Source: an uncultured Verrucomicrobiota bacterium (GTDB taxonomy: Bacteria; Verrucomicrobiota; Kiritimatiellia; JAAZAB01). From it: DNA of 64,000 nucleotides. The stretch's first letter is position 1. Every line of letters starts with the position of its first letter. The translations under genes were made by a program, and so were the position numbers. Location: contig CAYYWX010000002.1 of NCBI GenBank assembly GCA_964475405.1, positions 1-64,000 of the forward strand. The letters run 5' to 3'. Below the pieces are notes generated by a model. It saw only the letters and a program-made list of their open reading frames with translations, was not told the origin of the DNA and did not search any database. This document shows positions 16,155-26,303 of this stretch, in pieces.

Positions 16155-18404
16155 ATGATGAAAATAAAAGCATCCGGCTGGCGGGGGTTTTTTCCAAAGA
16201 CGGACCTGAGCGAATATTTGCGCACGCGGCAATTGCTGGACGCCTGGTATGTCCTGGCCGGCCGCGACTGGGCCGCGCTCGTTGACACGGTCAAGCCGCG
16301 GGTCTTCAAGTTTTTCGCTTTCGGCCGGTTCGGCACGATGCAGCAGATCCTGGTTGACATGGATTGTTTCCAGGAGTCCGGCCGGCGCGGCATCCGGCCG
16401 TTCTATCTCAAGGCCGGCAAACGGTTCACGCCGCTGAAGGACAAGCCCTATGTCTTTGAAGATACTCCCAGCGAATCCATCAAGTTTGACTCGAAGGTCC
16501 CAGGCGTCATGCTGCGCGGGATCCAGGCCTATGATCCAGAATCGGTTGCCGGTGCACGCATGGACTTAGATGTAGCCGTCGAGCATGACGCTTTGGCCGT
16601 TGAGTACCAGGCGCCGGCCGAGGCGGACTCCGGCGGGCTGGAGATTGATCTTTACCCGCTCTACACCGATTATCAGGCTGAGGAGTGGGAAAAACCTGAG
16701 CTGATAGACTATTACTGCTGGGATTCGCGCCACCACAATCCGGCCGGTGTTTTTGCCGAGGAAGTGTCGGATAAGATAATCCTGATTGACCGCCATGGCC
16801 GGATGCCGCGCCTGACGATTGACGCGCCGGGCGCGGCGCTTTCCATCACGGCCTTCTGCGATGCCAAGCGCAATGACGCTCACCGCCTCCTGCTCTCCAC
16901 CCGCGGCGGACGGAAAGGCAAGATCAAGTTCACGCTGGGCGTGAATCCGGTTGTTGTCCATACACCGCCGATCGTCCAGGCCGGCCGGCCCCACCGTATT
17001 GAAATTTCCGGCGCGAGCCGGCCGCGGGTGCAGGCGGCCGGGAAAGATTGGCCGGTCCAGGCGGCCGGCAAGAAGCGCTGGACCAGCAGGATTAAACTGC
17101 CGCACGGCGTGTCGCGTCTTCTCGTGGAAACAAAGGAAGGCGTGAGCGACCGGACAATCTCGGCGGCGGGAAATATTTCCGCGTGGGTTGAAAAAATGGG
17201 GCGGGCGGCGGCGGGCGGACTTTGGGCCGAAGGACCCGTGGCCGGGCTTATGCCGCAGTTCATGGACGTCAAGCGCCTGACCCCCAAGACGCGCGGTCCG
17301 CACGGCAAGAGCCAGAAAAACGCGGCCTATTGCAGTCACAACCCGCGCGCGTTGATGATCATCGCCGCCGCTGCCCGGCAGACGGGCGACCGCAAACTGC
17401 TGGAAAAGGTCTGGGGCAGCATCAAGGCCATGGTCCGCCTGGCATACAAGCACGATGACGGCGCGCTAGTCCTTCCGATCTTTATCTATCCCGACGGCAG
17501 TCCCGGGCTCTTGGACGCGGTGCGTCCCTCGGACCCGGTAATCGCCATCCGGTCCATCCTCATGGTGCGCTCGGTATTCCTGGCCCGGGGCGAAACGAAA
17601 CTTGCGGAAGATGCGCTGCAATACGCATGTGGATTCGCGCGCGCGTTGCTCAAGATGGCCGGCCCGGAAGGACAGCTGGAGGCGCGCTACCGTTACCCGA
17701 CCCTGGAAGTGACGCACAAGGCGCAGATACCCGGCCGGGGCACGGTCAACAACTGGGTGACCAACATCTGGGAGCTGGCGGAAATTCTCAATCCAAAAAA
17801 CGATCCCCTGGGCAAACAGCTCCAGGCGCTCTGCCTGAAGCATGCCGACCTGCTTATCAAAAGCAAGCCCTCCGTGCTCCGGCTCGCCGGCGGCGGGGAG
17901 GACGGCCCCAACAATTCCGACGCGCTCTGTGCCACGGCCGGCTTTTTCCTCGTAAAATACCTCTGTTCAAAGGAAGAGATATGGAAGGAGCGCGCCGAAC
18001 AGGCCTTCCTGATGGCCGCCTTGAGCAACACCATCGTGTATATTGACCAACCCCAGAATTATTTCTTCACGTTTGACTGGACGGAAAGCATCTGGCACGA
18101 CGGCCCGATGGGCGTCATGAGCAAGGGTGGAATGCATGACCTGACCAGTTGCGACGTCGGGTTGGCGCTCGCTTATTATTTGAAGGATGAATTCGCGCGC
18201 GACATGTGCGCCTACCAGTTCCTCGCGCGGGTGACGGACGGAATCTATGAAAACGGCGTGGTGCTGAGTCGGGTGACCGCGATGCCTAACTTCCAGTACG
18301 TCAAGACCGATTTCGCGGAAACGCTCAACTTCGGGGCGGTCGGCGTGATGGCGTTTTACCAGGGGCGCAACTGGCGCCGCCTGGCGGACAAGTCGCGGGA
18401 ATGA
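16155..18404 (+). CDS. Large hypothetical protein (749 aa), possibly an alpha/alpha-toroid glycan-active enzyme
   Basis: Long ORF with its own AT-rich promoter region. It has good coding periodicity and an internal VQAAGKDWPVQAAGKK repeat. No confident family assignment. Confidence 0.5.
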   Translation: MMKIKASGWRGFFPKTDLSEYLRTRQLLDAWYVLAGRDWAALVDTVKPRVFKFFAFGRFGTMQQILVDMDCFQESGRRGIRPFYLKAGKRFTPLKDKPYVFEDTPSESIKFDSKVPGVMLRGIQAYDPESVAGARMDLDVAVEHDALAVEYQAPAEADSGGLEIDLYPLYTDYQAEEWEKPELIDYYCWDSRHHNPAGVFAEEVSDKIILIDRHGRMPRLTIDAPGAALSITAFCDAKRNDAHRLLLSTRGGRKGKIKFTLGVNPVVVHTPPIVQAGRPHRIEISGASRPRVQAAGKDWPVQAAGKKRWTSRIKLPHGVSRLLVETKEGVSDRTISAAGNISAWVEKMGRAAAGGLWAEGPVAGLMPQFMDVKRLTPKTRGPHGKSQKNAAYCSHNPRALMIIAAAARQTGDRKLLEKVWGSIKAMVRLAYKHDDGALVLPIFIYPDGSPGLLDAVRPSDPVIAIRSILMVRSVFLARGETKLAEDALQYACGFARALLKMAGPEGQLEARYRYPTLEVTHKAQIPGRGTVNNWVTNIWELAEILNPKNDPLGKQLQALCLKHADLLIKSKPSVLRLAGGGEDGPNNSDALCATAGFFLVKYLCSKEEIWKERAEQAFLMAALSNTIVYIDQPQNYFFTFDWTESIWHDGPMGVMSKGGMHDLTSCDVGLALAYYLKDEFARDMCAYQFLARVTDGIYENGVVLSRVTAMPNFQYVKTDFAETLNFGAVGVMAFYQGRNWRRLADKSRE

Positions 18405-18417
18405 CAGAAATAGAGAT

Positions 18418-19290
18418 TTGAATCTTGACCGGACAATGAAAAAAAGAAATCCAGAATCCAAAACTTCCACGGACGGTTTGCCGGGATGCTTGCCGAAGGT
18501 CCGCGCCCTCTACCCGCAGCTGACTGGCCAGGAACGCAAGGTGGCCGATTATGTCCTGGTGCATGACGACATTATTTACCGCTCCATCACGGATTTTGTC
18601 CGGCAATGCAAGGTGGGTTACGGGACCGTCATCCGTTTTTGCCGCCGGCTGGGATGCGCCGGGTTCCAGGAATTCAAGATCCGCCTGACCCAGGACTTGG
18701 CCCGGAGGAAGGACAGGGGCCGGGCAATCGCCGGGGCGCTGCCCGAACTGGCCGAGCGCGTCCATGCCGATATTGACGACGCGGCGCAGGCGCTGGCGGA
18801 GAAAAGTTTAAAGGCCGCCGCGGCGGCCTTGATCGGCGCGCGCCACGTCATCACGGCCGGTTTCGGCGGGTCGGCCACCATGGCGCGGGAGATTGAATAC
18901 CAGCTGAACCGGCACGGCATTTCCGCGGAATGCGTCATGGACTGCCACATGCAATATATAAAGGCCGGGAATTTGGGCGGGAAAGACGCGGTCTTCCTGG
19001 TGTCGTTCACGGGCAGCACGCGGGAAATACTCAGGACGGCGCGAATCGCCAAGGAGGCCGGGGCGGTCATTATCTGCCTGACAAATTTTGACCAGTCGCC
19101 CCTGGCGGAGTTGGCGGATATTGTCATCGTGACCGGCATCCGGGCTGACCCGCTGCGGGCCGAAACCGTTTCCAAGGCGGCCTTGATGTTCGCGATTGAC
19201 GCCATCATGCAACAGGTGCGTTGTTTGAAACGCGGGGGAAATAACCTGGTCGGGAAAACATTCCGGCCGGTTGCCGACCGCCAGTTATAG
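18418..19290 (+). CDS. RpiR/MurR-family transcriptional regulator (HTH_6 + SIS)
   Basis: N-terminal HTH (LTGQERKVADYVLVHDD…ITDFVRQCKVGYGTVIRFCRRLG) with a C-terminal SIS domain (ITAGFGGSATMA…). An alternative start lies at 18436. Confidence 0.8.
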   Translation: MNLDRTMKKRNPESKTSTDGLPGCLPKVRALYPQLTGQERKVADYVLVHDDIIYRSITDFVRQCKVGYGTVIRFCRRLGCAGFQEFKIRLTQDLARRKDRGRAIAGALPELAERVHADIDDAAQALAEKSLKAAAAALIGARHVITAGFGGSATMAREIEYQLNRHGISAECVMDCHMQYIKAGNLGGKDAVFLVSFTGSTREILRTARIAKEAGAVIICLTNFDQSPLAELADIVIVTGIRADPLRAETVSKAALMFAIDAIMQQVRCLKRGGNNLVGKTFRPVADRQL

Positions 19291-19323
19291 ACACAAAGAC
19301 TGTGTTAAACTCGTAATAACAAT

Positions 19324-20607
19324 ATGATTTATCAAGATCTTAAAACGGATGTTTTGGTCATTGGGGGTGGGGCATCCGGCATTCCGGCCGCTATTGGCGC
19401 TGCGCGCGCCGGCGCGCAAGTGATACTCATAGAAGAAGATCCGGTCATTGGCGGTGCAATGACGGATTACTACGTGGATTGTTTTTGCGGCGGGCCGCTC
19501 ACCGGCATTCTACAAGAAGCGGAAGCCATTTTGCGAGCCGATTATAGATTGACGGCGGACCAAAAGACCGCCCCGTTCTTTTTCCTGCCCGACAGCTTTA
19601 TGCGTGTGTTCCACCGGCTGTTGTGCCATGAAAAGAACATCACGGTGCTGACCGGCGCCAGAGCCGTTGGTGTCCATTGCGCGGAACAAGGCGCCCGGCC
19701 CCGGGTCAAGGAGATAACGGTCGCATGCGGCGGGCATGCGACCTTCCGGATTAAAAGCCGGGTAAGCATAGACGCCACCGGTAACGGGGACGTGGCTTTG
19801 ATGGCCGGTTGCGAGGCCATGTACGGTCGAGAGTCAACGGCGGATTTCGGCGAGCCGCATGCGCCGCCGGTCAAAGATGATCAAGTGCAGGATTGCACGT
19901 GGATGTATTTCAGTCAGTGGCTCGGCGAGCGCGAACCTTTTGATATGTCAAAGCTGGAACATGCCAAACTGGGCGTGTTGATCAACGGCTTTGGCTGGTT
20001 CCATAATGATTCGGATAAGGCCATGAGGATTAAACCGCGGCTCTATCTGCATTGGGGATGCGCCGTGAAGTGTAAAGATACGCGCGATCCGGTGGAGCTT
20101 GGTAAAGCTCAGTCGGAAGCGCTGGAGTCCATGGATTGGGACCACGCCATCCTGCGCGAAAATGGGCACGCGATTTACCTGGCGCCCCGGATTGGCGTGC
20201 GCGAATCCAACCGGATTACAGGCGCACACGTCGTGACTGAAAACGACTTACGGTCCGGCAAGCTGCCGGCTGATACCATCGCGGTTGGGACCTATGGCCT
20301 GGATATATGGGGTGATGACGCGAACCTTCCGTCAGCGCCTATGCCCGGCTATGGGATTCCCTATCGCGCGCTTGTGCCAAAGGACATTGACGGACTTTTG
20401 CTGGCCGGAAGAATTATCAGCGGCACGCACGTGGCCATGAGCGCCTATCGCGTGATGCCGATTGCGGGAAGCATCGGTCAGGCGGCCGGCGCGGCCGCGG
20501 CCCTTTGCGCGCAACGGAAACAACAACCGCGGCAAATAGAGCCAAAAGCAATCCAACGGGTCTTGCGCGGTAAACGCCAGCATCTTCAGTTGGATTTTCA
20601 GGAATAA
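19324..20607 (+). CDS. FAD-dependent oxidoreductase of the PF12831 (FAD_oxidored) type, function unknown
   Basis: N-terminal dinucleotide-binding motif VLVIGGGASGIPAAIGAARAGAQVILIEE. Overall similarity to the FAD_oxidored family, which is commonly encoded next to glycoside hydrolases. Confidence 0.65.
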   Translation: MIYQDLKTDVLVIGGGASGIPAAIGAARAGAQVILIEEDPVIGGAMTDYYVDCFCGGPLTGILQEAEAILRADYRLTADQKTAPFFFLPDSFMRVFHRLLCHEKNITVLTGARAVGVHCAEQGARPRVKEITVACGGHATFRIKSRVSIDATGNGDVALMAGCEAMYGRESTADFGEPHAPPVKDDQVQDCTWMYFSQWLGEREPFDMSKLEHAKLGVLINGFGWFHNDSDKAMRIKPRLYLHWGCAVKCKDTRDPVELGKAQSEALESMDWDHAILRENGHAIYLAPRIGVRESNRITGAHVVTENDLRSGKLPADTIAVGTYGLDIWGDDANLPSAPMPGYGIPYRALVPKDIDGLLLAGRIISGTHVAMSAYRVMPIAGSIGQAAGAAAALCAQRKQQPRQIEPKAIQRVLRGKRQHLQLDFQE

Positions 20608-20608
20608 G

Positions 20609-23600
20609 ATGAGGCAACCCATCATGAATTATCTGTCATATCGTCTATCGGTCAATGCCCGTCACCTGCCGGCAAGCCGGTATAATCTTTTAACCGCTGC
20701 GCGCGTTGAAACCATCACATCCTCGCCTTGCGCGGGTAATCCCATGGATCTGCTGGCGGGACATTTTTGTCCGGCGCAAAACGGCGGGAAAATCGCCTGG
20801 CAATCCGCCCTGGGACCGGCGGCGCAACATTGGATTTCCGTTTCGCTTAAAAAGCCCGTCCTCATGGACAGCATCGGCTTGGTCTCGCTGCCGAAACGAT
20901 CGCAGGACGGCAACCGCCACGCCATCAGGGATTTTGACCTGGAAATCAGCGACGATCAGCAGCGGATACAGAACATTCCGATTCGCGGCAATGAAGACAT
21001 GGAAATCTTCATTCCTTTCCGCGCCGGGCGGGTGAAAAAAATTCAACTGCGCTTTTTCGGCGCCAATTTGCCCAGCGGCGATCAGGTATATAATACCTAT
21101 CGTTCCTTGTACGCCTTGATGTCGCTGCAGGCGTTTTGCCGAAAAAGCCCTCTGACCGCAAATCATTCGTTCAACCTGGAGGTTGAGGATGGGCCGACCG
21201 GTCGTGTGGCTCTTTTTACCGGAAATGAATTGAAAGGACCTGTTCCCGGCATTAATGATTCCCGGCTGGCGGCGGAATTTCGACGTTTGGGATATGGAGT
21301 TACCCTTCTTTCAGCGGATCATTTAACGGCCATTCCGGATAATGGCGATCAACCAAAATTGCCCTTTCACCTTATTGCCAATCTGGCCGGCGCTGACTTT
21401 CCCGCCGCCAGCTGGTTGTATCGCGCATTACGGAATGGTTGTCATCTGCTCTCCATCGGCAGCCTGCCGTTTTCCGATCCGTGGGTATTTGTCCAGGGCA
21501 GGTGGCAGAGATTGGGATTAGACTTGGGCATCACGGCGACGACCCCCGACTGGGTCGGTGACCACGCTTCGCGTTCCCCCGAACAACTGCGGTTCGATGT
21601 GACCCGGCATCGCCACATTATCGCTGCCGAACGCTTGTCCGGCAAGAAGTGGCCGGCGCCGCTGACATTGAACGGTTGTTTTTCCGGTCATGCGGTTACG
21701 GCCGATTTGGGTGAAATCCTTTCGATCGAACAGGAACAGGCATTAGTTCACGAGGGATTATGGTCGGCGACCAATGTGCAATGCCGTCAGCGTGTGGCGG
21801 CTCAGCCGCTGATGTATGGCGTTTGGGGGCACGATTATAATCCGATCTTCCAAACCCCGTGTGCGCGCCTGGTTACCCTGATTCAGGCCACGGAGGCCAG
21901 GGGACAGGTGAATCTAGGAATGGCTGGAGCGGCGTTGATTAATTTTGCCGGGCGGTATCGGAATTCCCGCTGGGGACTGATTGAAATTGATGATTTTTCA
22001 TGCTTGAAGCAGACGGAAACCCAGGCATTTCATCGCGGATTGGCGGAACTTTCCCATCGGTTGGTTCATCATTCCCGGCTTTCATTTGTCAGGCCCGGCC
22101 GATACCGCGCGCAAGCTGGCGGCAGGCTCCAGGCGAGTGTGGGATTAACCCCGGCGGCGGCGCCCGGCCGGCATATCGAGATTGATTTAATCTTGAAGCA
22201 AGCGGATCGGGTTCTGGCTCAAAGCCAACGGATGATTCGGCCGGCAAAACTTGTCCAATCCTTCAACATCCGTATTCCCCGCCTTGTTAAGCCGGGATTG
22301 CTCACGATTCGGGCCGTGCTTAAACAGAATGGCGAGGTCATTGATCGAATGGAAAGCGGCGTATGGGCAGACCATTCCCGCGCGCGCGCCAGAGGCCCGC
22401 TATTGGAATACCGGCAAAACATTTTCTACCTGAATGGGAATCCGGCGATTCTGCTGGGGGCGCGCACGGATGGTTTCCATCAATGGGGACAACCGGAGGA
22501 AAATCCTTTCTCATGGGAGCCTCTCTTTAAACAGATGCGTGCCATGAACCTTAGGATTTTTTCACCGGTCCACTTGTCATATTATGAATCATCGGGCAAC
22601 CTCCCGGCAACGGTCTGGGACATCATTGAAACTCAGGCGGAAATGTGCCAGCATCATGGCGTTGTGTTCGCGCCCTGCCTGTTCTTTCCAGGCGCGCTGG
22701 CGTGCATTCGCGATAAACATTCGGCGATAAGGTTGGCCCGGCAGTTTGCCCGTCGCATGGCACGTTTCCGAGGAGTCTTCTTCTATCTCTTTGATGATGG
22801 TCTGCCCCAGGATACACAAGCCTTCAACAATTGGTGCGCCGTTCTTCGAAAGGCCATATCGAAGGAAAGCCCCGGCATCCTTCTCACAGCGGAATTTGTC
22901 GATCATTCGCATTATTTTCGCCTGATTAAAGATACCGGACAGGCGCTGGATTTCCTGGCAATATCACATCACGCCATGAAGCCGGATCCATTGCCGAATA
23001 TGCTGGTTGATTCGACGCATAAAGGCAAGGCCACCACCAATGCCGAGTTCGGCCAGTACGATCCCCCGGAAACAGCTGAGTCTTCATATAAATATCGCCT
23101 GAACCTGCGGCTCGGAATTGCCCAGGGGCAGGCGTTGCTATTAAATTGGATGCTTCGCGATCCCGCCCATGCCCAATTTCCGTGGGGATGTTTGTATGCC
23201 CATGATAATCAACCGAAGGTAACAGGTCGCACTTTCTGGGCTGAATCGTTTCTGATCGCAGGACAACAACCGATGCCGCTTGTGCCCCGCAACGATATTG
23301 TTGTGCTTCTGCCCGCCAATCGAATGCGTTTCAACCAGTTGCAGTCTGCGGAACTCGTCGCAGGGGATGTCTATCTGGAGGAAAAACTGCGCTTCATGAT
23401 CAAAGCGGAAATCCCTTTCCGTATTATGGATGAAAACGAATTGCGATTATTGACCCCGACTCCCCGCTTTCTGGTTATTCCCCGGCTGATTGATCCCGAT
23501 GATCGCTTGCAAGCCACCTTGCGACGTTTGGCCACGCACGGCACAATCTTGCTCTGGCAACGGGACGGATTCCGTCCCGATCCGTCAGTGTTGACGGAAA

Positions 23601-24247
23601 TGGTTGAGGCCGGCAAGGCCATGGCCTTGGAACCGGGATTACCCGTGGACTTTGTCCGTCAAGTGTATGGGGCCATATACCGACGGGAGCCGAAACTGGA
23701 CATCCAGGCTCCCTATCATTTCACCCGTCATTTCCGAAACATGACATATCACCTGATCGCCGATCTGGAAAAACAACCAACCCGCGAAATGCCTGAGCGT
23801 GTCAAGTTTGAAAACCGATTGTTCTCCTATCGCTTCGACCAGGACCGGCTTGGCGTGCTTTTGCTGAATAAAGACAAACTGGTAGGAACCGTCGGATTCA
23901 ATGGCCTTACAGTTGACGTCAGACCACTGCTTGATTGCGCCGGGACATGTTATTGGCTGTCGCTTGACAGTTGCTCCTTGGACACCAGTAATAGCATCTG
24001 GATGTTTCCACAAGCCCCGGGATGCCATAAAATTCACCCGGAGCAATCCGGCGCACCATGGGAACTTCATCAGCTCCATTTTGACGGCTATGTTCCAAGT
24101 TCTTTCAGAACCAAATCAGTCAAGAAGAAGTCGGGCTGGATTTCCATCGATTTCAATCAGGAGGACATTCTGGCGCCATGGATTTTAACGCATCAAGGGA
24201 AGCTGGCAGTCAGTCTAAAGCACATAACCCAACGGCTGGCAGGCTAA
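20609..24247 (+). CDS. Very large hypothetical protein (1212 aa) with glycoside-hydrolase-like / GH42-trimerisation-like regions
   Basis: Single uninterrupted ORF with no signal peptide recognised. Segments resemble TIM-barrel GH and class-I-glutamine-amidotransferase-like (GH42 middle domain) folds (…RFLVIPRLIDPDDRLQATLRRLATHGTILLW…). Confidence 0.5.
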   Translation: MRQPIMNYLSYRLSVNARHLPASRYNLLTAARVETITSSPCAGNPMDLLAGHFCPAQNGGKIAWQSALGPAAQHWISVSLKKPVLMDSIGLVSLPKRSQDGNRHAIRDFDLEISDDQQRIQNIPIRGNEDMEIFIPFRAGRVKKIQLRFFGANLPSGDQVYNTYRSLYALMSLQAFCRKSPLTANHSFNLEVEDGPTGRVALFTGNELKGPVPGINDSRLAAEFRRLGYGVTLLSADHLTAIPDNGDQPKLPFHLIANLAGADFPAASWLYRALRNGCHLLSIGSLPFSDPWVFVQGRWQRLGLDLGITATTPDWVGDHASRSPEQLRFDVTRHRHIIAAERLSGKKWPAPLTLNGCFSGHAVTADLGEILSIEQEQALVHEGLWSATNVQCRQRVAAQPLMYGVWGHDYNPIFQTPCARLVTLIQATEARGQVNLGMAGAALINFAGRYRNSRWGLIEIDDFSCLKQTETQAFHRGLAELSHRLVHHSRLSFVRPGRYRAQAGGRLQASVGLTPAAAPGRHIEIDLILKQADRVLAQSQRMIRPAKLVQSFNIRIPRLVKPGLLTIRAVLKQNGEVIDRMESGVWADHSRARARGPLLEYRQNIFYLNGNPAILLGARTDGFHQWGQPEENPFSWEPLFKQMRAMNLRIFSPVHLSYYESSGNLPATVWDIIETQAEMCQHHGVVFAPCLFFPGALACIRDKHSAIRLARQFARRMARFRGVFFYLFDDGLPQDTQAFNNWCAVLRKAISKESPGILLTAEFVDHSHYFRLIKDTGQALDFLAISHHAMKPDPLPNMLVDSTHKGKATTNAEFGQYDPPETAESSYKYRLNLRLGIAQGQALLLNWMLRDPAHAQFPWGCLYAHDNQPKVTGRTFWAESFLIAGQQPMPLVPRNDIVVLLPANRMRFNQLQSAELVAGDVYLEEKLRFMIKAEIPFRIMDENELRLLTPTPRFLVIPRLIDPDDRLQATLRRLATHGTILLWQRDGFRPDPSVLTEMVEAGKAMALEPGLPVDFVRQVYGAIYRREPKLDIQAPYHFTRHFRNMTYHLIADLEKQPTREMPERVKFENRLFSYRFDQDRLGVLLLNKDKLVGTVGFNGLTVDVRPLLDCAGTCYWLSLDSCSLDTSNSIWMFPQAPGCHKIHPEQSGAPWELHQLHFDGYVPSSFRTKSVKKKSGWISIDFNQEDILAPWILTHQGKLAVSLKHITQRLAG

Positions 24248-24257
24248 AGGATCAACG

Positions 24258-26135
24258 ATGAATCATCAAATATTTACAGATCGCCAAATCTGCCGCTGGA
24301 ATGCCGCCGCGGGATTCGAACTGGACGGACAACCGATCTACATTGTCGGGATCAATTATGTCGCGCGGCATGTCTGCACCAATTTCTGGGAAGACTGGCG
24401 GCCAAAGGACATATCGGCCGATTTCGACGCCATGGCCGCGCTCGGCGTGAATGCGGTGCGCATACCCATCCACTGGGAATTCGCGGAGCCGAAACCCGGT
24501 AAATTCCGGAAGGACATGATGAACAGACTTGACTGGTTTGTGGCGGCGGCGCACAAGCGGAATATTTTCGTAATGCCCTGGTTCCTGGTGGGCGTCGCCA
24601 CGCGCGAGTATGACGTCTCATGGCGCGCCGGCCGGAGCTTTTTTACCGAGCCGATGGTGTCGCGCGCTGAAAATCACCTGCGCGCCATGGTACGCAGGTT
24701 GAAACGTCATGAAAATATCCTCTGCTGGGATATTTGCGACGAGCCGGAATGGTACAGCCGCAATCCCGGCGCGGATCAGCTGCCCTACGACACGGAGCGC
24801 TTCCACGCCTGGGTTGAACGACTGTACCGGGCAATCAAAAAGGAGGATAAACGCCGCGCCGTCACCCTCGGGTTCGGCCACATCGTCAACGGCAACTACG
24901 GCATGAACATCCGCCGCGCGGCGAAAACGTTGGACGTCATGGCGGTCACGGCCTATGCGCCGCATGCCGACGAGGACCTGATCCTGGGATTCCGCAGCGC
25001 CTATTTCCTGGGCTGGTCGGTGCGATTCAACGACTGCGCCGGGAAAGGGGTTTTCACCTGCGAGGCGCCGGGTTGGAGCGATATCATGGCTTCCGAGGAA
25101 AACATCGGCAAATTCCACCGGGTGATGCTTTTCAGCAACTTGGCCAATGGGGCAATGGGCGTCATGCCCTGGGTCTTCAATGATTTTGACGATTTAATCC
25201 AGGATAAACCGCCGATGGACCTTTATACGAGTGAAAAAAAGTTCGGGATCATGCGGCTGGATGGGACGCCCAAGCCGGCCGCCGAATCCCTGCGGGAGTT
25301 TTCAGAGTTTGTCGGAAAATTTCCGCCGGCCGAATGGGAACAGATCCTGCCCGAGGCGGGGATCCTGGCGCCGGTGATCAAGCCGACGGAAACGCACCGC
25401 GAATTTTCGCGCCTCTTTCATCACTATATTTTCCTGCGCCAGGCCGGGCTGCGGGCCAGGTATGTCTGGGCCGACGACCTGGATGATTTCAAGGGGAAAC
25501 TGCTCTTCCTGCCCGACTCGTCGGCGTCGCCCCTCCTGACCGGGACCTGGCTGAAACTCAAGGCATGGGTTGAACGCGGCGGGACGCTCGTTTCCACCAG
25601 CCGGCATACAAGTTCCATCTTCAACGAGTTGTTCGGCGTGAAGGTGGAAGGAAGAATCAACATCGGCAAGGACATTGTCATGCAAAACTGCCGGGATGAA
25701 TTTGCCGCCTGCAAAGGCCTGGTCCTGCCGCGCGGGAGCAGTTTCCTGCTGGTGAGCGCCTCCGGCGGCCGGGTGATGATCCGCGACCGGGAAGGCCGGG
25801 CGCTTGCCGTGCGGCATGAGCTGGGAAAGGGCAGGGCTTTCTTCATGGCCTATGCGCCGGAAGCGGCCCTGGCCTCGGTCCCGCCGGAGGATTTGGGCCG
25901 CCACGGCATCCATGCCTTTTTCAGGGCTTTTACCAAGACTATCGGGAAAGATTGTCCGGTCAGTTGCCATGATCCGCGGATTGAACTGGACGTGCGCCGA
26001 CACTCCTCCGGCCGCCTGCTGGTCATCCTGATCAACCATAGCCGGTTTCCGGTCAAGACCAAATTTGCCGTGCGCGGTGTTGCCAAACCGATTGAACTGG
26101 AAGGCAACGGCGTTCTTTGGCGGGTGTTCAACTGA
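24258..26135 (+). CDS. TIM-barrel glycoside hydrolase, GH5/GH42-like, with C-terminal beta-galactosidase-trimerisation-like domain
   Basis: LGVNAVRIPIHWEFAEPKPGKF is a classic GH5/GH42 clan-A motif. The C-terminal YVWADDLDDFKGKLLFLPDSSA…GGTLVST resembles the GH42 middle domain. Confidence 0.6.
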   Translation: MNHQIFTDRQICRWNAAAGFELDGQPIYIVGINYVARHVCTNFWEDWRPKDISADFDAMAALGVNAVRIPIHWEFAEPKPGKFRKDMMNRLDWFVAAAHKRNIFVMPWFLVGVATREYDVSWRAGRSFFTEPMVSRAENHLRAMVRRLKRHENILCWDICDEPEWYSRNPGADQLPYDTERFHAWVERLYRAIKKEDKRRAVTLGFGHIVNGNYGMNIRRAAKTLDVMAVTAYAPHADEDLILGFRSAYFLGWSVRFNDCAGKGVFTCEAPGWSDIMASEENIGKFHRVMLFSNLANGAMGVMPWVFNDFDDLIQDKPPMDLYTSEKKFGIMRLDGTPKPAAESLREFSEFVGKFPPAEWEQILPEAGILAPVIKPTETHREFSRLFHHYIFLRQAGLRARYVWADDLDDFKGKLLFLPDSSASPLLTGTWLKLKAWVERGGTLVSTSRHTSSIFNELFGVKVEGRINIGKDIVMQNCRDEFAACKGLVLPRGSSFLLVSASGGRVMIRDREGRALAVRHELGKGRAFFMAYAPEAALASVPPEDLGRHGIHAFFRAFTKTIGKDCPVSCHDPRIELDVRRHSSGRLLVILINHSRFPVKTKFAVRGVAKPIELEGNGVLWRVFN

Positions 26136-26303
26136 ACTGTCGGCGGCGGACAAAGCGGCCTGATGCGTCATTGACGGCAGGCATTGATTTGGATTATTTT
26201 CTTATGGTATTGAAATACAGGATACTTTGGACGTGGGATTGCCGGATGCACTGGGCGCTGCCCTGCGGCGCCGAGGTAATCTTTGATTCACGGGCCTATC
26301 TTT

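Noticed and set aside
16566-17453. 295-aa minus-strand ORF
   Set aside because: It is antisense within the 749-aa gene. The translation is arginine-rich and low in complexity, and the plus-strand frame has much better coding character.
25302-26171. 289-aa minus-strand ORF
   Set aside because: It is antisense to the GH5/GH42-like gene, and the translated sequence lacks any recognisable motifs.
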